A stretch of 64,000 nt of DNA from Promethearchaeota archaeon (GTDB taxonomy: Archaea > Asgardarchaeota > Lokiarchaeia > Sigyniarchaeales > SOKP01), in the NCBI GenBank assembly GCA_019058365.1, contig JAHPZE010000024.1, positions 1-64,000 of the forward strand, written 5' to 3'. Within the stretch, counting starts at the first letter, position 1, and each line of letters opens with the position of its first letter. Below the pieces are notes generated by a model, which worked only from the letters and a program-made list of their open reading frames with translations, searched no databases and was not told the origin of the DNA. Shown here piece by piece: positions 21,164 through 30,773 of this stretch. The position numbers and the translations under genes were made by a program.

Positions 21164-21316
21164 GCCTTGTTAATAATAAGTATCTTGAATTCATGCAATC
21201 AAAAGAATATCAGTGATTATTAATAATCAATAATAATAAAAATCCAAATGATAATTATTTATTATATAGATAAGAATAAGATTATTAAGTTATAATTTAA
21301 GAAGGGAAAGAAATTC

Positions 21317-22876
21317 TTGACGATACAGAAAAATAAGCTCTTTAAAGAATTATTTAATAAGTTTCTCGAATCTAATAGAGAAGTAGAATCTGTTATTGTT
21401 TCTGATTCTGAAGGATTAGTTATTGCGGGAGAAAAGAGAAAAGATATTGATATTGAACTCGTTTCAGTTTTAACGTCAATAATCAATCCGATATTAGAAA
21501 GAATGCGTAGTGAATTTGAATTTCAAAAATTTGGTACTGCAAGTTTCGATACCGAAGATCATCGTCTACTATTTATTTCTGTTGATGAAGAAAGAATTAT
21601 AAGTTTGGTTTTAGAAAGTATGGCTTCAATTGAAAAAATTTCTCCCTACGGATTTTTTCTTGCAGAAAAAACGGCTCAAATTCTCACAGCTGAAGAGGAC
21701 GATTTAATTCAAGTAGAAATTCCAAATTTTGAATATGAAGCAGGCAACGTCGAACGATTGAAAAATCAGTTATACCAGATGGAGTTAGGTCTAGATGGGG
21801 AATATCGTTTTAAATTCGTAATTTTGGGAGATCATGAAGTTGGAAAAACTTCAATCATCCGTAGATTTGTTGAAAAAAGATATACAACAGATTATAGAGC
21901 AACTATTGGCATTAATATCTTGTCTCATGAGTTTGAATTTTTTGGAAACAAAATAGGCGTAAGTTTGTATGATCTTGGTGCTCAGAAATATTTCAAAAGA
22001 TTTCGAAAAATCTACTATTTAGGCGCTCAAGCAGCTTTCATCGTATTTGATCTTGCTAATCGTGAATCTTTCGAAAATGTTAAAAGTTGGTATGAGGAAC
22101 TAAGGCTCTTTACATCAGGAGAAGACATACCCATTGTAATAGTTGGAAACAAGACTGATTTGCTTGAAGATAGAAAAGTCTATTATCAAGAAGGTGCTAA
22201 ATTAGCGAACAACCTTTCAGAAAGCGAAAAAATTAAATTGTCATATATTGAAACAAGTGCGTTAACTGGAAGTAATGTTGAGGATGCATTTAACTTAATT
22301 TCATATCACTATGTAATGAAGAGTAAAGAAATTGAAGATGAAAGGCGTAGTGAATTATTACTTAATATAATTAACTCTATACTGAAAAAAAAAATTGTTT
22401 TCACTTTATCATTTATATCTGAAAGCTCGGTTTGGAGTCCTGGGTTACAAATAATTACTAGTATAAGCAAATTAGGAGAAAAGTCATTGATAAGAGATTA
22501 TGATGATGAACAGGTTTACCAATATACGAATGGGATGATTTTAAAACAACATGAGTATTCTGCTCTTGATGATATTTCCAGTTCTGATGGAATCTTTTGT
22601 GTTTTTGATGTGCGTTCTAAAGAGCAAATTGATCCAAATTTTAGAGAAATGCTTCTAAAAATTGTTGAAAATGGGAAAAAGAATGCTGTAATTTTAATTG
22701 GAGTACGAGCTTCTGAGAGTATTAATTGGTCAGAAATAATTGATCATTTAAATATTGATGAACGTATTGATAAAAAAGTAGTAGATCTCTTATTCTTTAG
22801 AATAGGGCTTGACTTTCGTTTAGATATATTCGACCAATTAGAAGTTATGTTGTCTGCAATAGATGAAAAATATTAA
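21317..22876 (+). CDS. Tandem paralog: roadblock - Rab-like GTPase - degenerate GTPase-like domain
   Basis: SVIVSDSEGLVIA; GDHEVGKT, YDLGAQ, GNKTD, ETSAL; colinear with the upstream gene. Confidence 0.88.
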   Translation: MTIQKNKLFKELFNKFLESNREVESVIVSDSEGLVIAGEKRKDIDIELVSVLTSIINPILERMRSEFEFQKFGTASFDTEDHRLLFISVDEERIISLVLESMASIEKISPYGFFLAEKTAQILTAEEDDLIQVEIPNFEYEAGNVERLKNQLYQMELGLDGEYRFKFVILGDHEVGKTSIIRRFVEKRYTTDYRATIGINILSHEFEFFGNKIGVSLYDLGAQKYFKRFRKIYYLGAQAAFIVFDLANRESFENVKSWYEELRLFTSGEDIPIVIVGNKTDLLEDRKVYYQEGAKLANNLSESEKIKLSYIETSALTGSNVEDAFNLISYHYVMKSKEIEDERRSELLLNIINSILKKKIVFTLSFISESSVWSPGLQIITSISKLGEKSLIRDYDDEQVYQYTNGMILKQHEYSALDDISSSDGIFCVFDVRSKEQIDPNFREMLLKIVENGKKNAVILIGVRASESINWSEIIDHLNIDERIDKKVVDLLFFRIGLDFRLDIFDQLEVMLSAIDEKY

Positions 22877-22903
22877 TCTTCAATCTTTATTTCTATACTT
22901 GAG

Positions 22904-23476
22904 GTGACTACAAAATTGGATATTCAGATAAAGGCTTTAACTCCTGATCTTCTTGAAGATTTTCTATATTTTTTTGATAAAGTTGCATTTTCTGATAATC
23001 CTGATTGGGCTATTTGTTACTGTCATTTTTATCATTTTGCTGGAACCAATAAACAATTTAATAAAAGAACTGCAGAACAAAATAGAGAAGCTTCAAAAAA
23101 GCTTATCCTTTCTGGAAAGATGAATGGATATATGGCATATTTAGATGGAAAACCAATTGGATGGTGTAACATTAATATTAAGGAAAATTATGCTAAAATC
23201 CCTTATGAAGAAGAATCAAAGGCTAAAATCGCTTCACTTATTTGCTTTGTAGTCGCTCCTTCACATAGAAAACGAGGAGTAGCCAAACAACTTCTGGAGT
23301 ATGCTTGCTCCGGTTCGAAGGATAAAGGTTATGATTTAATTGAAGTATACCCAAGGAAAGGAGAAGAATTATCAGACGCTCATAGTTATCGAGGACCATT
23401 TTCATTATACGCATCTGCGGGATTTTCTATTTATAAAGAATTTAAAGATTATTACATAATGCGTAAAAGACTCTGA
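22904..23476 (+). CDS. GNAT family N-acetyltransferase
   Basis: WAICYCHF, PIGWC, CFVVAPSHRKRGVA acetyl-CoA binding motif. Confidence 0.88.
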   Translation: MTTKLDIQIKALTPDLLEDFLYFFDKVAFSDNPDWAICYCHFYHFAGTNKQFNKRTAEQNREASKKLILSGKMNGYMAYLDGKPIGWCNINIKENYAKIPYEEESKAKIASLICFVVAPSHRKRGVAKQLLEYACSGSKDKGYDLIEVYPRKGEELSDAHSYRGPFSLYASAGFSIYKEFKDYYIMRKRL

Positions 23477-23683
23477 AAACTAAAAATAAGTAATTCAAAT
23501 TATAGAATGGGTAATTAGTCTCAACTAGTTTACCTTCTCTAATTAAAAAATTTAAAATCAAAAAAAATCTTAGATCTTACAGCTCAGATCCGTATCCAGC
23601 AGCGTGCATTTCAGACATCGCAATTTTGTCGATCAGATAAAATTATTAACCGAAACATACTCTACCGAAAATTTTACGGAAGC

Positions 23684-23691
23684 TTTAAATA
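23684..23691 (+). promoter_or_regulatory. Putative TATA box of the histone gene
   Basis: TTTAAATA about 100 nt upstream of the histone ATG, followed about 25 nt later by a hairpin and then SD GGAGGA. Confidence 0.45.
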
Positions 23692-23785
23692 TTTGAAAGA
23701 AATATTATAATATAATAAAGTTCATGTTAAAAAATGTGAACTTTAAGAAACTATTAATAAAATTAGAAAGTGGAGGAATAATAAG

Positions 23786-23998
23786 ATGGCCAAAAAAGTA
23801 TTTGCCTGGTCGCCTGTTCGAAAGTTAATGAAAGATAATGGCGCTGAAATGGTTGCTCGAGATGCTGTTGATGCCTTAATTGATTATTTACAAAAATTAG
23901 CTAAAGGCATGACAAATAAAGCTCTTGAAATGACTCGACATGCAGGAAGGAAGAAACTAACTCTTCAGGACATGGACTTGGCAATGAAAATTATCTAA
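23786..23998 (+). CDS. Archaeal histone (HMf-like, tailless)
   Basis: SPVRKLMK..GAEMVARDA...HAGRKKLTLQDM histone-fold signature; SD GGAGGA. Confidence 0.95.
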   Translation: MAKKVFAWSPVRKLMKDNGAEMVARDAVDALIDYLQKLAKGMTNKALEMTRHAGRKKLTLQDMDLAMKII

Positions 23999-24033
23999 TC
24001 TATATTAAATATTTACAACTTATAAAAAATATT

Positions 24034-24054
24034 ATTTTTTTTTTCTCTATTTTT
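24034..24054 (+). terminator. Oligo-T terminator after histone gene
   Basis: T-rich run shortly after the stop codon. Confidence 0.45.
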
Positions 24055-24146
24055 AGCTTTTGTTGTATTATAATAAGAATATTAAAATGTAAAAGAACTA
24101 TTAACAGATCTTAATTTTAAATTATTCAAATAGGTGTAAAAAGAGC

Positions 24147-25232
24147 ATGCCAATATTAGATAGGTCAAAAATTCGTCCTGAAATTCTTAAAGCTATTGAT
24201 GAGAATCAAAAGCTTCAAATGAAGGGTGCATTAGAATTTCTTAAATTTAAAGAAAACAAAGGATTTAATCTCCAAGCATATATGCAAAAAGTCGAAGAAG
24301 GAAATAAAAAACTCTTTCAGTTGTTATCTGAAAATAAAGGAAGTATAGAAGATTTATATGGATTCTTTAGTGATGAGGAAATGCTTTTACTAGCAAAATT
24401 TTTTCGATTTGTTGTTGAATATTATACAAAAGCCGAATTAGAACAATTTCCACTTCCAGAAGATGTACAAATTGAAGAAATTAATGCTGGAGGAGTTCTT
24501 GCTGAATGGCAAATAGTACCCGGTGCGCAAAAGGATGAAGTCATTTTATATTTTCACGGAGGAGGTTTCGTTTTGATGTCACCAAAGACTCATAGAGCCT
24601 TAACTATAGAAATTGCTCAACGTACTAAATTGCGTGTGTTAAGTGTTGATTATCGTCTCGCACCTGAACATCCTTTCCCAGCTCCTTTAGAAGATTGTGT
24701 TAAAGCTTATAAATGGCTTCTTTCACAAGGTTTTAGAGCTGAAAATATAATTATTGCTGGAGATTCTGCAGGTGGTAGTTTAACATTAAGTACTTTAATT
24801 AAATTAAGAGATGAAAAGATAATCTTACCTGCTGGAGCAGTAGCATTATCACCAGCGACCGATTTTACAGCAGAGAGTAAAACTTTTTATGAAAATGCTG
24901 AAACAGATCCGATTTTAGCAGATATTGGGATTTTTTGGTGGATACCAGCATATTTAGCGGGAGCGGATCCGAATAATCCATTGATTTCACCTTTATTTGC
25001 AGATTTAAAAGGATTACCTCCAATTCTCCTTCAAGTAAGTACTAGTGAAATGTTATATGATCATTCTACTCGTTTCATTGAACGAGCTAAAGCAGCGGGG
25101 GTTGATGCTACACTACAGGAATGGAAAGATACAATTCATGTATTTCAAGGGTTTGGGTTACATAATCTGCCAGAAGCAAAAGATGCTATAATTAAGATTG
25201 GGGAATTTATACAAAAAATTATTTTCAGGTAG
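24147..25232 (+). CDS. HSL-family alpha/beta hydrolase (esterase/lipase)
   Basis: YFHGGGF, DYRLAPEHPFPA, GDSAGG, HVFQ. Confidence 0.93.
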   Translation: MPILDRSKIRPEILKAIDENQKLQMKGALEFLKFKENKGFNLQAYMQKVEEGNKKLFQLLSENKGSIEDLYGFFSDEEMLLLAKFFRFVVEYYTKAELEQFPLPEDVQIEEINAGGVLAEWQIVPGAQKDEVILYFHGGGFVLMSPKTHRALTIEIAQRTKLRVLSVDYRLAPEHPFPAPLEDCVKAYKWLLSQGFRAENIIIAGDSAGGSLTLSTLIKLRDEKIILPAGAVALSPATDFTAESKTFYENAETDPILADIGIFWWIPAYLAGADPNNPLISPLFADLKGLPPILLQVSTSEMLYDHSTRFIERAKAAGVDATLQEWKDTIHVFQGFGLHNLPEAKDAIIKIGEFIQKIIFR

Positions 25233-25486
25233 GTTTTTCTATAATCTAAATTAAGATATAATTAAATTATAAAATCTTCTCAATTTTTTCCTTTTACTAA
25301 TAAAGGGCTTAAAAATTTCAGACTCGATGCCTAACAATGCCATAAAGTACATTTAATTTTTGATTTGGGTATTTTAATAAAATATCTCTTAAAATAAACT
25401 GCAACTTATTTCCACACTTCTTATATTTAATATATTATGGCTCATTTTAGAACTATAACAATAAAAAGTATAAATTTTTTTGAAAT

Positions 25487-26044
25487 ATGTCAGAACTAAA
25501 AGAAAAAATTGTGTTACCATTTGTTGAAGGAGAAACTGTCTCTCTTTGTGTAGCAAATGCAGATCATGTTAACCTATATGCTGGTTGGATGAATCATCCA
25601 GAAACTAGGAAATTTACAAGATTTAATATGCCTCAAACAATTGATGAGGTAAAGAAAATGTTTGAAACAAAGAAAGAGGCTGTAAAAGAGGATATCTTCT
25701 TCGAGATATGGCATAAAAAAGATAAAAAACCAATAGGTTTGGCAAATTTATTTAGAATTCAATGGTTTACTCGCAATGCCCATATATCTTATATAATTGA
25801 TCCAAAATATTGGAAACAACACATTGGAACTGAAGTAGGAAAGTTGGTTTTAGATTATGCTTATAAAGAGTTAAACTTACACAAAATCACGGCACGTTTG
25901 TTTGCACTAAATAAAGCTTCGATACAACTAGCAGAGAAATTAGGTTTTAAGCTTGAAATTACACTAAAGAAAGAAGTTTATATTGATGGAGAGCATATGG
26001 ATGTACTCGAATATTCAATATTTAAAGATGATTGGATGAAATAA
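25487..26044 (+). CDS. RimJ/RimL-family GNAT acetyltransferase (1 of 6)
   Basis: KPIG, YW..HIGTE, ELNLHKI, EKLGF. Confidence 0.9.
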   Translation: MSELKEKIVLPFVEGETVSLCVANADHVNLYAGWMNHPETRKFTRFNMPQTIDEVKKMFETKKEAVKEDIFFEIWHKKDKKPIGLANLFRIQWFTRNAHISYIIDPKYWKQHIGTEVGKLVLDYAYKELNLHKITARLFALNKASIQLAEKLGFKLEITLKKEVYIDGEHMDVLEYSIFKDDWMK

Positions 26045-26080
26045 TGTTTCCCTAATTTTTAAAATTAAGAGGCTAATTTA

Positions 26081-26683
26081 GTGACGAAGAAAGAAGAAAA
26101 ATCTACACAAAATGAGGAAACGGAAGAATTTCCATTTATTCGAGGATCGAGAATAGATCTTTGCCCTCGGAACTCCAAATATGCGAATTTATATGTAAAA
26201 TGGAAGAATCATCCTAAAGTTCGTAAATATGCTCGTAATATAATACCAAGGACAATAGATGAACAGAAAAAAAGGTCAGAAAGTAGAAGTGAAGAATTTA
26301 GCGATTTTGTATTATTAGACGTTTGGCATAAAGAAGATAAGAAACCAATAGGTCAAATTGGATTAAACCATATAGATTGGATAAATGGGTGGGCAAATGC
26401 CTTTCTTCAAATTGGAGAACCAAATTATTGGAATAAAGATATTGGGACGGAAGCTACTGAATTGCTCATGGAATATGCATTTAATGAGTTGAAATTAAAT
26501 AAAATACACGGAGGAGTTGCTGTTGATAATATTGGCTCATGGTCTGTAGCAGGGAAGATTGGATTTGTTCTTGATGGAATAAGAAAGCATGAAATGTATG
26601 TTGATGGAAAATATGTTGATGCAAAAGTATTTCGGTTGTCAAAAGAAGATTGGATAAAATCTAGAGAATTGAAAGAGGATTAA
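26081..26683 (+). CDS. RimJ/RimL-family GNAT (2 of 6)
   Basis: IGEPNYWNKDIGTEA, NIGSW, YVDGKYVD. Confidence 0.9.
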   Translation: MTKKEEKSTQNEETEEFPFIRGSRIDLCPRNSKYANLYVKWKNHPKVRKYARNIIPRTIDEQKKRSESRSEEFSDFVLLDVWHKEDKKPIGQIGLNHIDWINGWANAFLQIGEPNYWNKDIGTEATELLMEYAFNELKLNKIHGGVAVDNIGSWSVAGKIGFVLDGIRKHEMYVDGKYVDAKVFRLSKEDWIKSRELKED

Positions 26684-26702
26684 ATAATAATTTCATTAAA
26701 TT

Positions 26703-27275
26703 GTGATAAACAACATGGAAAAACAAGATATTCCTTTGTTTATTGAAGGGCAAAATGTCTATTTAATACCTCAGAGCTTAGAACGAGTAAATTTATATGT
26801 AAAATGGATAAATGACCCAAAAGTCCGTAAATATTCTCGAAATATTTTACCCGTAACAGTAGATGACGCGAAAGGATGGTTTGAACCTCAAGAAGGAAGA
26901 GTTCGGAAATTTATTGTACTTGAAATTTGGTATAAAAAGGATAATAAGCCAGTTGGTCATACTTTCTTAACTGGTATAGATTGGAAAAATGGTTGGGCAA
27001 ATGTAGGGATGACTATTGGCGAACCTGATTATTGGAATAAAAATATTGCCACTGAAGTTACAGATCTAATCATTGAATATGCTTTTAGTGAACTAAATCT
27101 ACATAAATTACATGCTGGTGCGATAGTTGCTAATATTGGGTCTTGGACAGTAGCTGAAAAAAAAGGATTTACTTTTGAAGGAATCAGAAAGGATGAGCTT
27201 TTTGTAGATGGAGAATATGTTGATGTTAAAACATACTATCTATTAAAAGATGAGTGGAGAGAAAGAAAATTATGA
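26703..27275 (+). CDS. RimJ/RimL-family GNAT (3 of 6)
   Basis: IGEPDYWNKNIATE, ELNLHKL, GFTFEG. Confidence 0.9.
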   Translation: MINNMEKQDIPLFIEGQNVYLIPQSLERVNLYVKWINDPKVRKYSRNILPVTVDDAKGWFEPQEGRVRKFIVLEIWYKKDNKPVGHTFLTGIDWKNGWANVGMTIGEPDYWNKNIATEVTDLIIEYAFSELNLHKLHAGAIVANIGSWTVAEKKGFTFEGIRKDELFVDGEYVDVKTYYLLKDEWRERKL

Positions 27276-27850
27276 GAGAGAAAGAAGTAAAAGAAGATAA
27301 AGAAGTTCCAGTTTTTATCGATGGAAAAATCATTAGTCTTATTCCTCCAAATTCAGAGGATATCAATTTATATTTAAAATGGTTAAATCACCCAAAAGTT
27401 AGAAAATTTGCTCGATGGGTAATACCAGTTACTAGTGACGATATTAAAAAATGGTTTGAACCCCAAGAGGGGAGAATCCCTAGGAATATTGCTTTTGAAC
27501 TTTGGCATAAAAAAGATAAAAGACCAATAGGTGAAGTAGGCTTGTCAGGGATTGACTGGGTTAATGGATGGGCAAATATATTTCTTTTCATTGGAGAACC
27601 AGAATATTGGGGAAAAGATATAGCTACAGAAGGTGCAAGAATGATTATAGAATATGCATTCAATGAATTGAATCTTAATATATTACAAGCAGGAGCAGCT
27701 GTTGAAAACATAAGTTCATGGAGCGTTGCTGAGAAAATTGGATTTAAGTATCGGGGATTAGAGAAAAATGATTTATTTATTGATGGAAAATATATTGATG
27801 GAAAATTGTATCGTTTATCAAAGGAAGATTGGTTAAATTCAAAGAAATAA
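27272..27850 (+). CDS. RimJ/RimL-family GNAT (4 of 6)
   Basis: Same motifs; likely ATG at 27272 overlaps the previous stop (ATGA); ORF track start is 27254. Confidence 0.9.
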   Translation: MREKEVKEDKEVPVFIDGKIISLIPPNSEDINLYLKWLNHPKVRKFARWVIPVTSDDIKKWFEPQEGRIPRNIAFELWHKKDKRPIGEVGLSGIDWVNGWANIFLFIGEPEYWGKDIATEGARMIIEYAFNELNLNILQAGAAVENISSWSVAEKIGFKYRGLEKNDLFIDGKYIDGKLYRLSKEDWLNSKK

Positions 27851-27901
27851 ATTAATTAAAATTAAATATAAAACCAAAAAAATTACAATTTAACAATAAT
27901 A

Positions 27902-28483
27902 ATGGAAGAAAAGGAAAATAAAGAGGTTCCTGTCTTTATTGAAGGAGAAACCATAAGTTTTATACCTCAAAATTTAGAAAACATAAATTTATATGTTAAA
28001 TGGCTCAATAATCCTGAAGTACGTAAATATGCGAGGAATATTGTACCAAGTAGAGTAGAAGATATTAAAAAGTGGTTTGAACCACGAGATTGGGAAATGC
28101 CTTATTTTGTATCTTTCGAAATCTGGCATAATAAGGATAAAAAGCCTATTGGTCATGTAGGCGTGGGTTGGATAGATTGGATTAATGGATGGGCAAATGC
28201 TTTTATACGAATTGGAGAACCTGATTATTGGGGCAAAAAAATTGCTACAGAAGCTACAGAATTACTTAATGAATGCGCTTTCAATGAATTAAATCTCAAT
28301 AAATTACACGGTGGAGTTTGTGTGGAAAACATTGGGTCTTGGAGTGTTGCTGAAAAATGTGGCTTTCAGTTTGAAGGCATAAGGGAAGATGAATTCTATC
28401 TTGACGGTAAACACCTTGGAGTAAAAACTTATAGTTTATTAAAAGAAGATTGGATAAAAAGAAAAGAAAAATCAAATGATTAA
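27902..28483 (+). CDS. RimJ/RimL-family GNAT (5 of 6)
   Basis: IGEPDYWGKKIATEA, ELNLNKL, GFQFEG. Confidence 0.9.
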   Translation: MEEKENKEVPVFIEGETISFIPQNLENINLYVKWLNNPEVRKYARNIVPSRVEDIKKWFEPRDWEMPYFVSFEIWHNKDKKPIGHVGVGWIDWINGWANAFIRIGEPDYWGKKIATEATELLNECAFNELNLNKLHGGVCVENIGSWSVAEKCGFQFEGIREDEFYLDGKHLGVKTYSLLKEDWIKRKEKSND

Positions 28484-28580
28484 AACTAATCAAATTTAAT
28501 TAATAAGAGTTTAATCTATTCAATCTCTTAGACATATATATTAATTATATTAATTTCTAAAAATATTCTAGTAGTTTTAA

Positions 28581-29174
28581 ATGACGGAAGAAGAAAAAGA
28601 AGAGAAAGAAGAGATCCAAATTTTCCCTTTTATTGAGGGAGAGAGAATAGATTTATTAGCCCCAAATTCTAAATGGATTACTTTATATTGTAAATGGTAT
28701 AATGATCCAGAAGTGCGTCATTTTGCTCGCCACGTTATGCCGAGAACTCCTGAAGAAGTTAAAGGATGGTTCGAACCTCCATCGGAACGTGGTGTAAAAG
28801 AGGGAGTATATTTTACGATATACCATAAAAAAGATAAACGTCCTATAGGTAGTATTGGGTTTGATCATATCAATTGGACAAATCGTAATACCTATATAGG
28901 TGCTTTAATCGGAGAGCCAGATTATTGGGGAAAAGGTCTCATAGGTGAAGCTGCCAAAATGTTAATTAATTATGGATTTACAGAATTAAATTTCCATAAG
29001 ATAAAGGCAACTATTATCAATCCAAATAAAAGATCACTTAGGGCAGCTGAAAAATTAGGTTTTCAACAAGAAGGACTTTTAAAAGAAGATATGTATGTCG
29101 ATGGAAACTATGTCGATTTCCACCAATTCGGGTTGTTTAGAAGAGATTGGATTAAAAGAGAAGAATTAGTTTGA
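28581..29174 (+). CDS. RimJ/RimL-family GNAT (6 of 6)
   Basis: IGEPDYWGKGL, ELNFHKI, N.RS.RAAEKLGFQQEG. Confidence 0.9.
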   Translation: MTEEEKEEKEEIQIFPFIEGERIDLLAPNSKWITLYCKWYNDPEVRHFARHVMPRTPEEVKGWFEPPSERGVKEGVYFTIYHKKDKRPIGSIGFDHINWTNRNTYIGALIGEPDYWGKGLIGEAAKMLINYGFTELNFHKIKATIINPNKRSLRAAEKLGFQQEGLLKEDMYVDGNYVDFHQFGLFRRDWIKREELV

Positions 29175-29340
29175 AATCCTCTTTATTTCTTTACTCTAAA
29201 TAAAAATTAAGAGATATTAATTATATTATATGAGCTTTTTTAAAAAACCAAATAAATCTATAAATAGTTTTAAGTTGAAAAATAAAATTAACTAAAATTT
29301 ATAATCAAATAAAAGTAGACATAAAAAATATTCTAAAATT

Positions 29341-30732
29341 GTGAGAAAAATGTCAGAACCTCAAAAAGCTAAATATTTTGAGATTTTAACTAACAAAAGG
29401 ATAGTACTTTTCACATTACAAGGGGTTAGTACTGGATTCTTGTTTGCAATGTGGGGTCAAATTCAATTTTTTGCTGCAAATATTCTTTTAATTCCTCAAA
29501 CATTTATAGCTTTGATCTATCTTGTGTACTCCATTTTAGAAGCTATAAATGATCCCGTAATAGGTTATTTAGCAGATAGATCAAAAAGATTTACATTTCG
29601 ATTTGGAAAAAGGTATCCGTGGATCATGGTTGGGTTTATTTTTGGACCAGTTATTCTGATATTTAGTTTTATTCAAATTTCATCGAATATAACTATATTA
29701 GTGATTTGGCTAATTTTTACTATGATTTTGCATGATACATTTATGACTAGTGTTGAGATAAATCATAATGCTTTATTTCCTGATTTATTTAGGGGATCTT
29801 CTCACAGGGGTAAGGTAATTTGGATTGGCTCTATTCTTGGTGGTATTATTTCTATTGTAGCTAATGGCTTGGTTCCAGGTTTAATAGAGGGGCTAGGTTA
29901 TTTAGTTACGGTTATAATTATAGTTGTTATTGCATATCTTTTTGTTATACCATATAGTTATGGGATAAGAGAGCCAGAGGAGATGAAAATATTTCGCGCA
30001 GAATTAGATGCAACCAATAGAGCAACTTCTCCAGTAAAGGAAATTATTAATCGAATTTTTAAAGATAAAAATTGGATGGGAATTGTTATCGCAGGTTTTA
30101 CATGGGCTGTTGGCGGAGCTTGTTTCTTATATGGACTTAATTTTTTCGTAGTAGATAGTCTAGAATTGAAAATTGGTGCTACAGTAATACCGCTGGTTAT
30201 GCTATACTTTATTGGATTTGTTTTAGCTCCTTTATGGGTATGGATATCAAAAAAAATAGGTAACAAAAAAGCCTATATACTAGGAATGGGATTAAATATA
30301 ATTGGGTTCTTCCTTTTATTCTTTATAATCAGTTTGCCAGGGCTCATTCTTATGTTTACATTTCAGGGTGTCGGATTTAGCGCAACTTCTGGAGCAATTT
30401 ATGGTTTATTAAGAGCAGAAGGAATTGATAATGCTTCAGTTACCTCAGGGAAACGAGAAGAAGGAAGTTATACAAGTGTGTGGAAGTTTTTCACAGCATT
30501 CTCTTACTTCTTCCAAACAATAATATTTGCAATAGTCTCTGGAATAACTGGTTATGATGCTGCTCTTGGAACAGGAAATAGTAATACTGCTAAATTCGGT
30601 TTAATCTTTCAAATGTCAATAATACCGATGATTATATTTATAATAGGGACAATTGCTTTTGCATTTATGTATAAAATATCCAAAGAGGATGCGTGGCACA
30701 ACAAACTAAAATTAGAGGAAATGAATCTTTAA
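29341..30732 (+). CDS. MFS transporter, GPH/MelB-like family
   Basis: About 12 hydrophobic segments; AINDPVIGYLADR...RFGKRYPW; GKREEG. Confidence 0.9.
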   Translation: MRKMSEPQKAKYFEILTNKRIVLFTLQGVSTGFLFAMWGQIQFFAANILLIPQTFIALIYLVYSILEAINDPVIGYLADRSKRFTFRFGKRYPWIMVGFIFGPVILIFSFIQISSNITILVIWLIFTMILHDTFMTSVEINHNALFPDLFRGSSHRGKVIWIGSILGGIISIVANGLVPGLIEGLGYLVTVIIIVVIAYLFVIPYSYGIREPEEMKIFRAELDATNRATSPVKEIINRIFKDKNWMGIVIAGFTWAVGGACFLYGLNFFVVDSLELKIGATVIPLVMLYFIGFVLAPLWVWISKKIGNKKAYILGMGLNIIGFFLLFFIISLPGLILMFTFQGVGFSATSGAIYGLLRAEGIDNASVTSGKREEGSYTSVWKFFTAFSYFFQTIIFAIVSGITGYDAALGTGNSNTAKFGLIFQMSIIPMIIFIIGTIAFAFMYKISKEDAWHNKLKLEEMNL

Positions 30733-30773
30733 TAATATTAATTATCTTTTTTTTTTTATACTGCTTAGAATTT

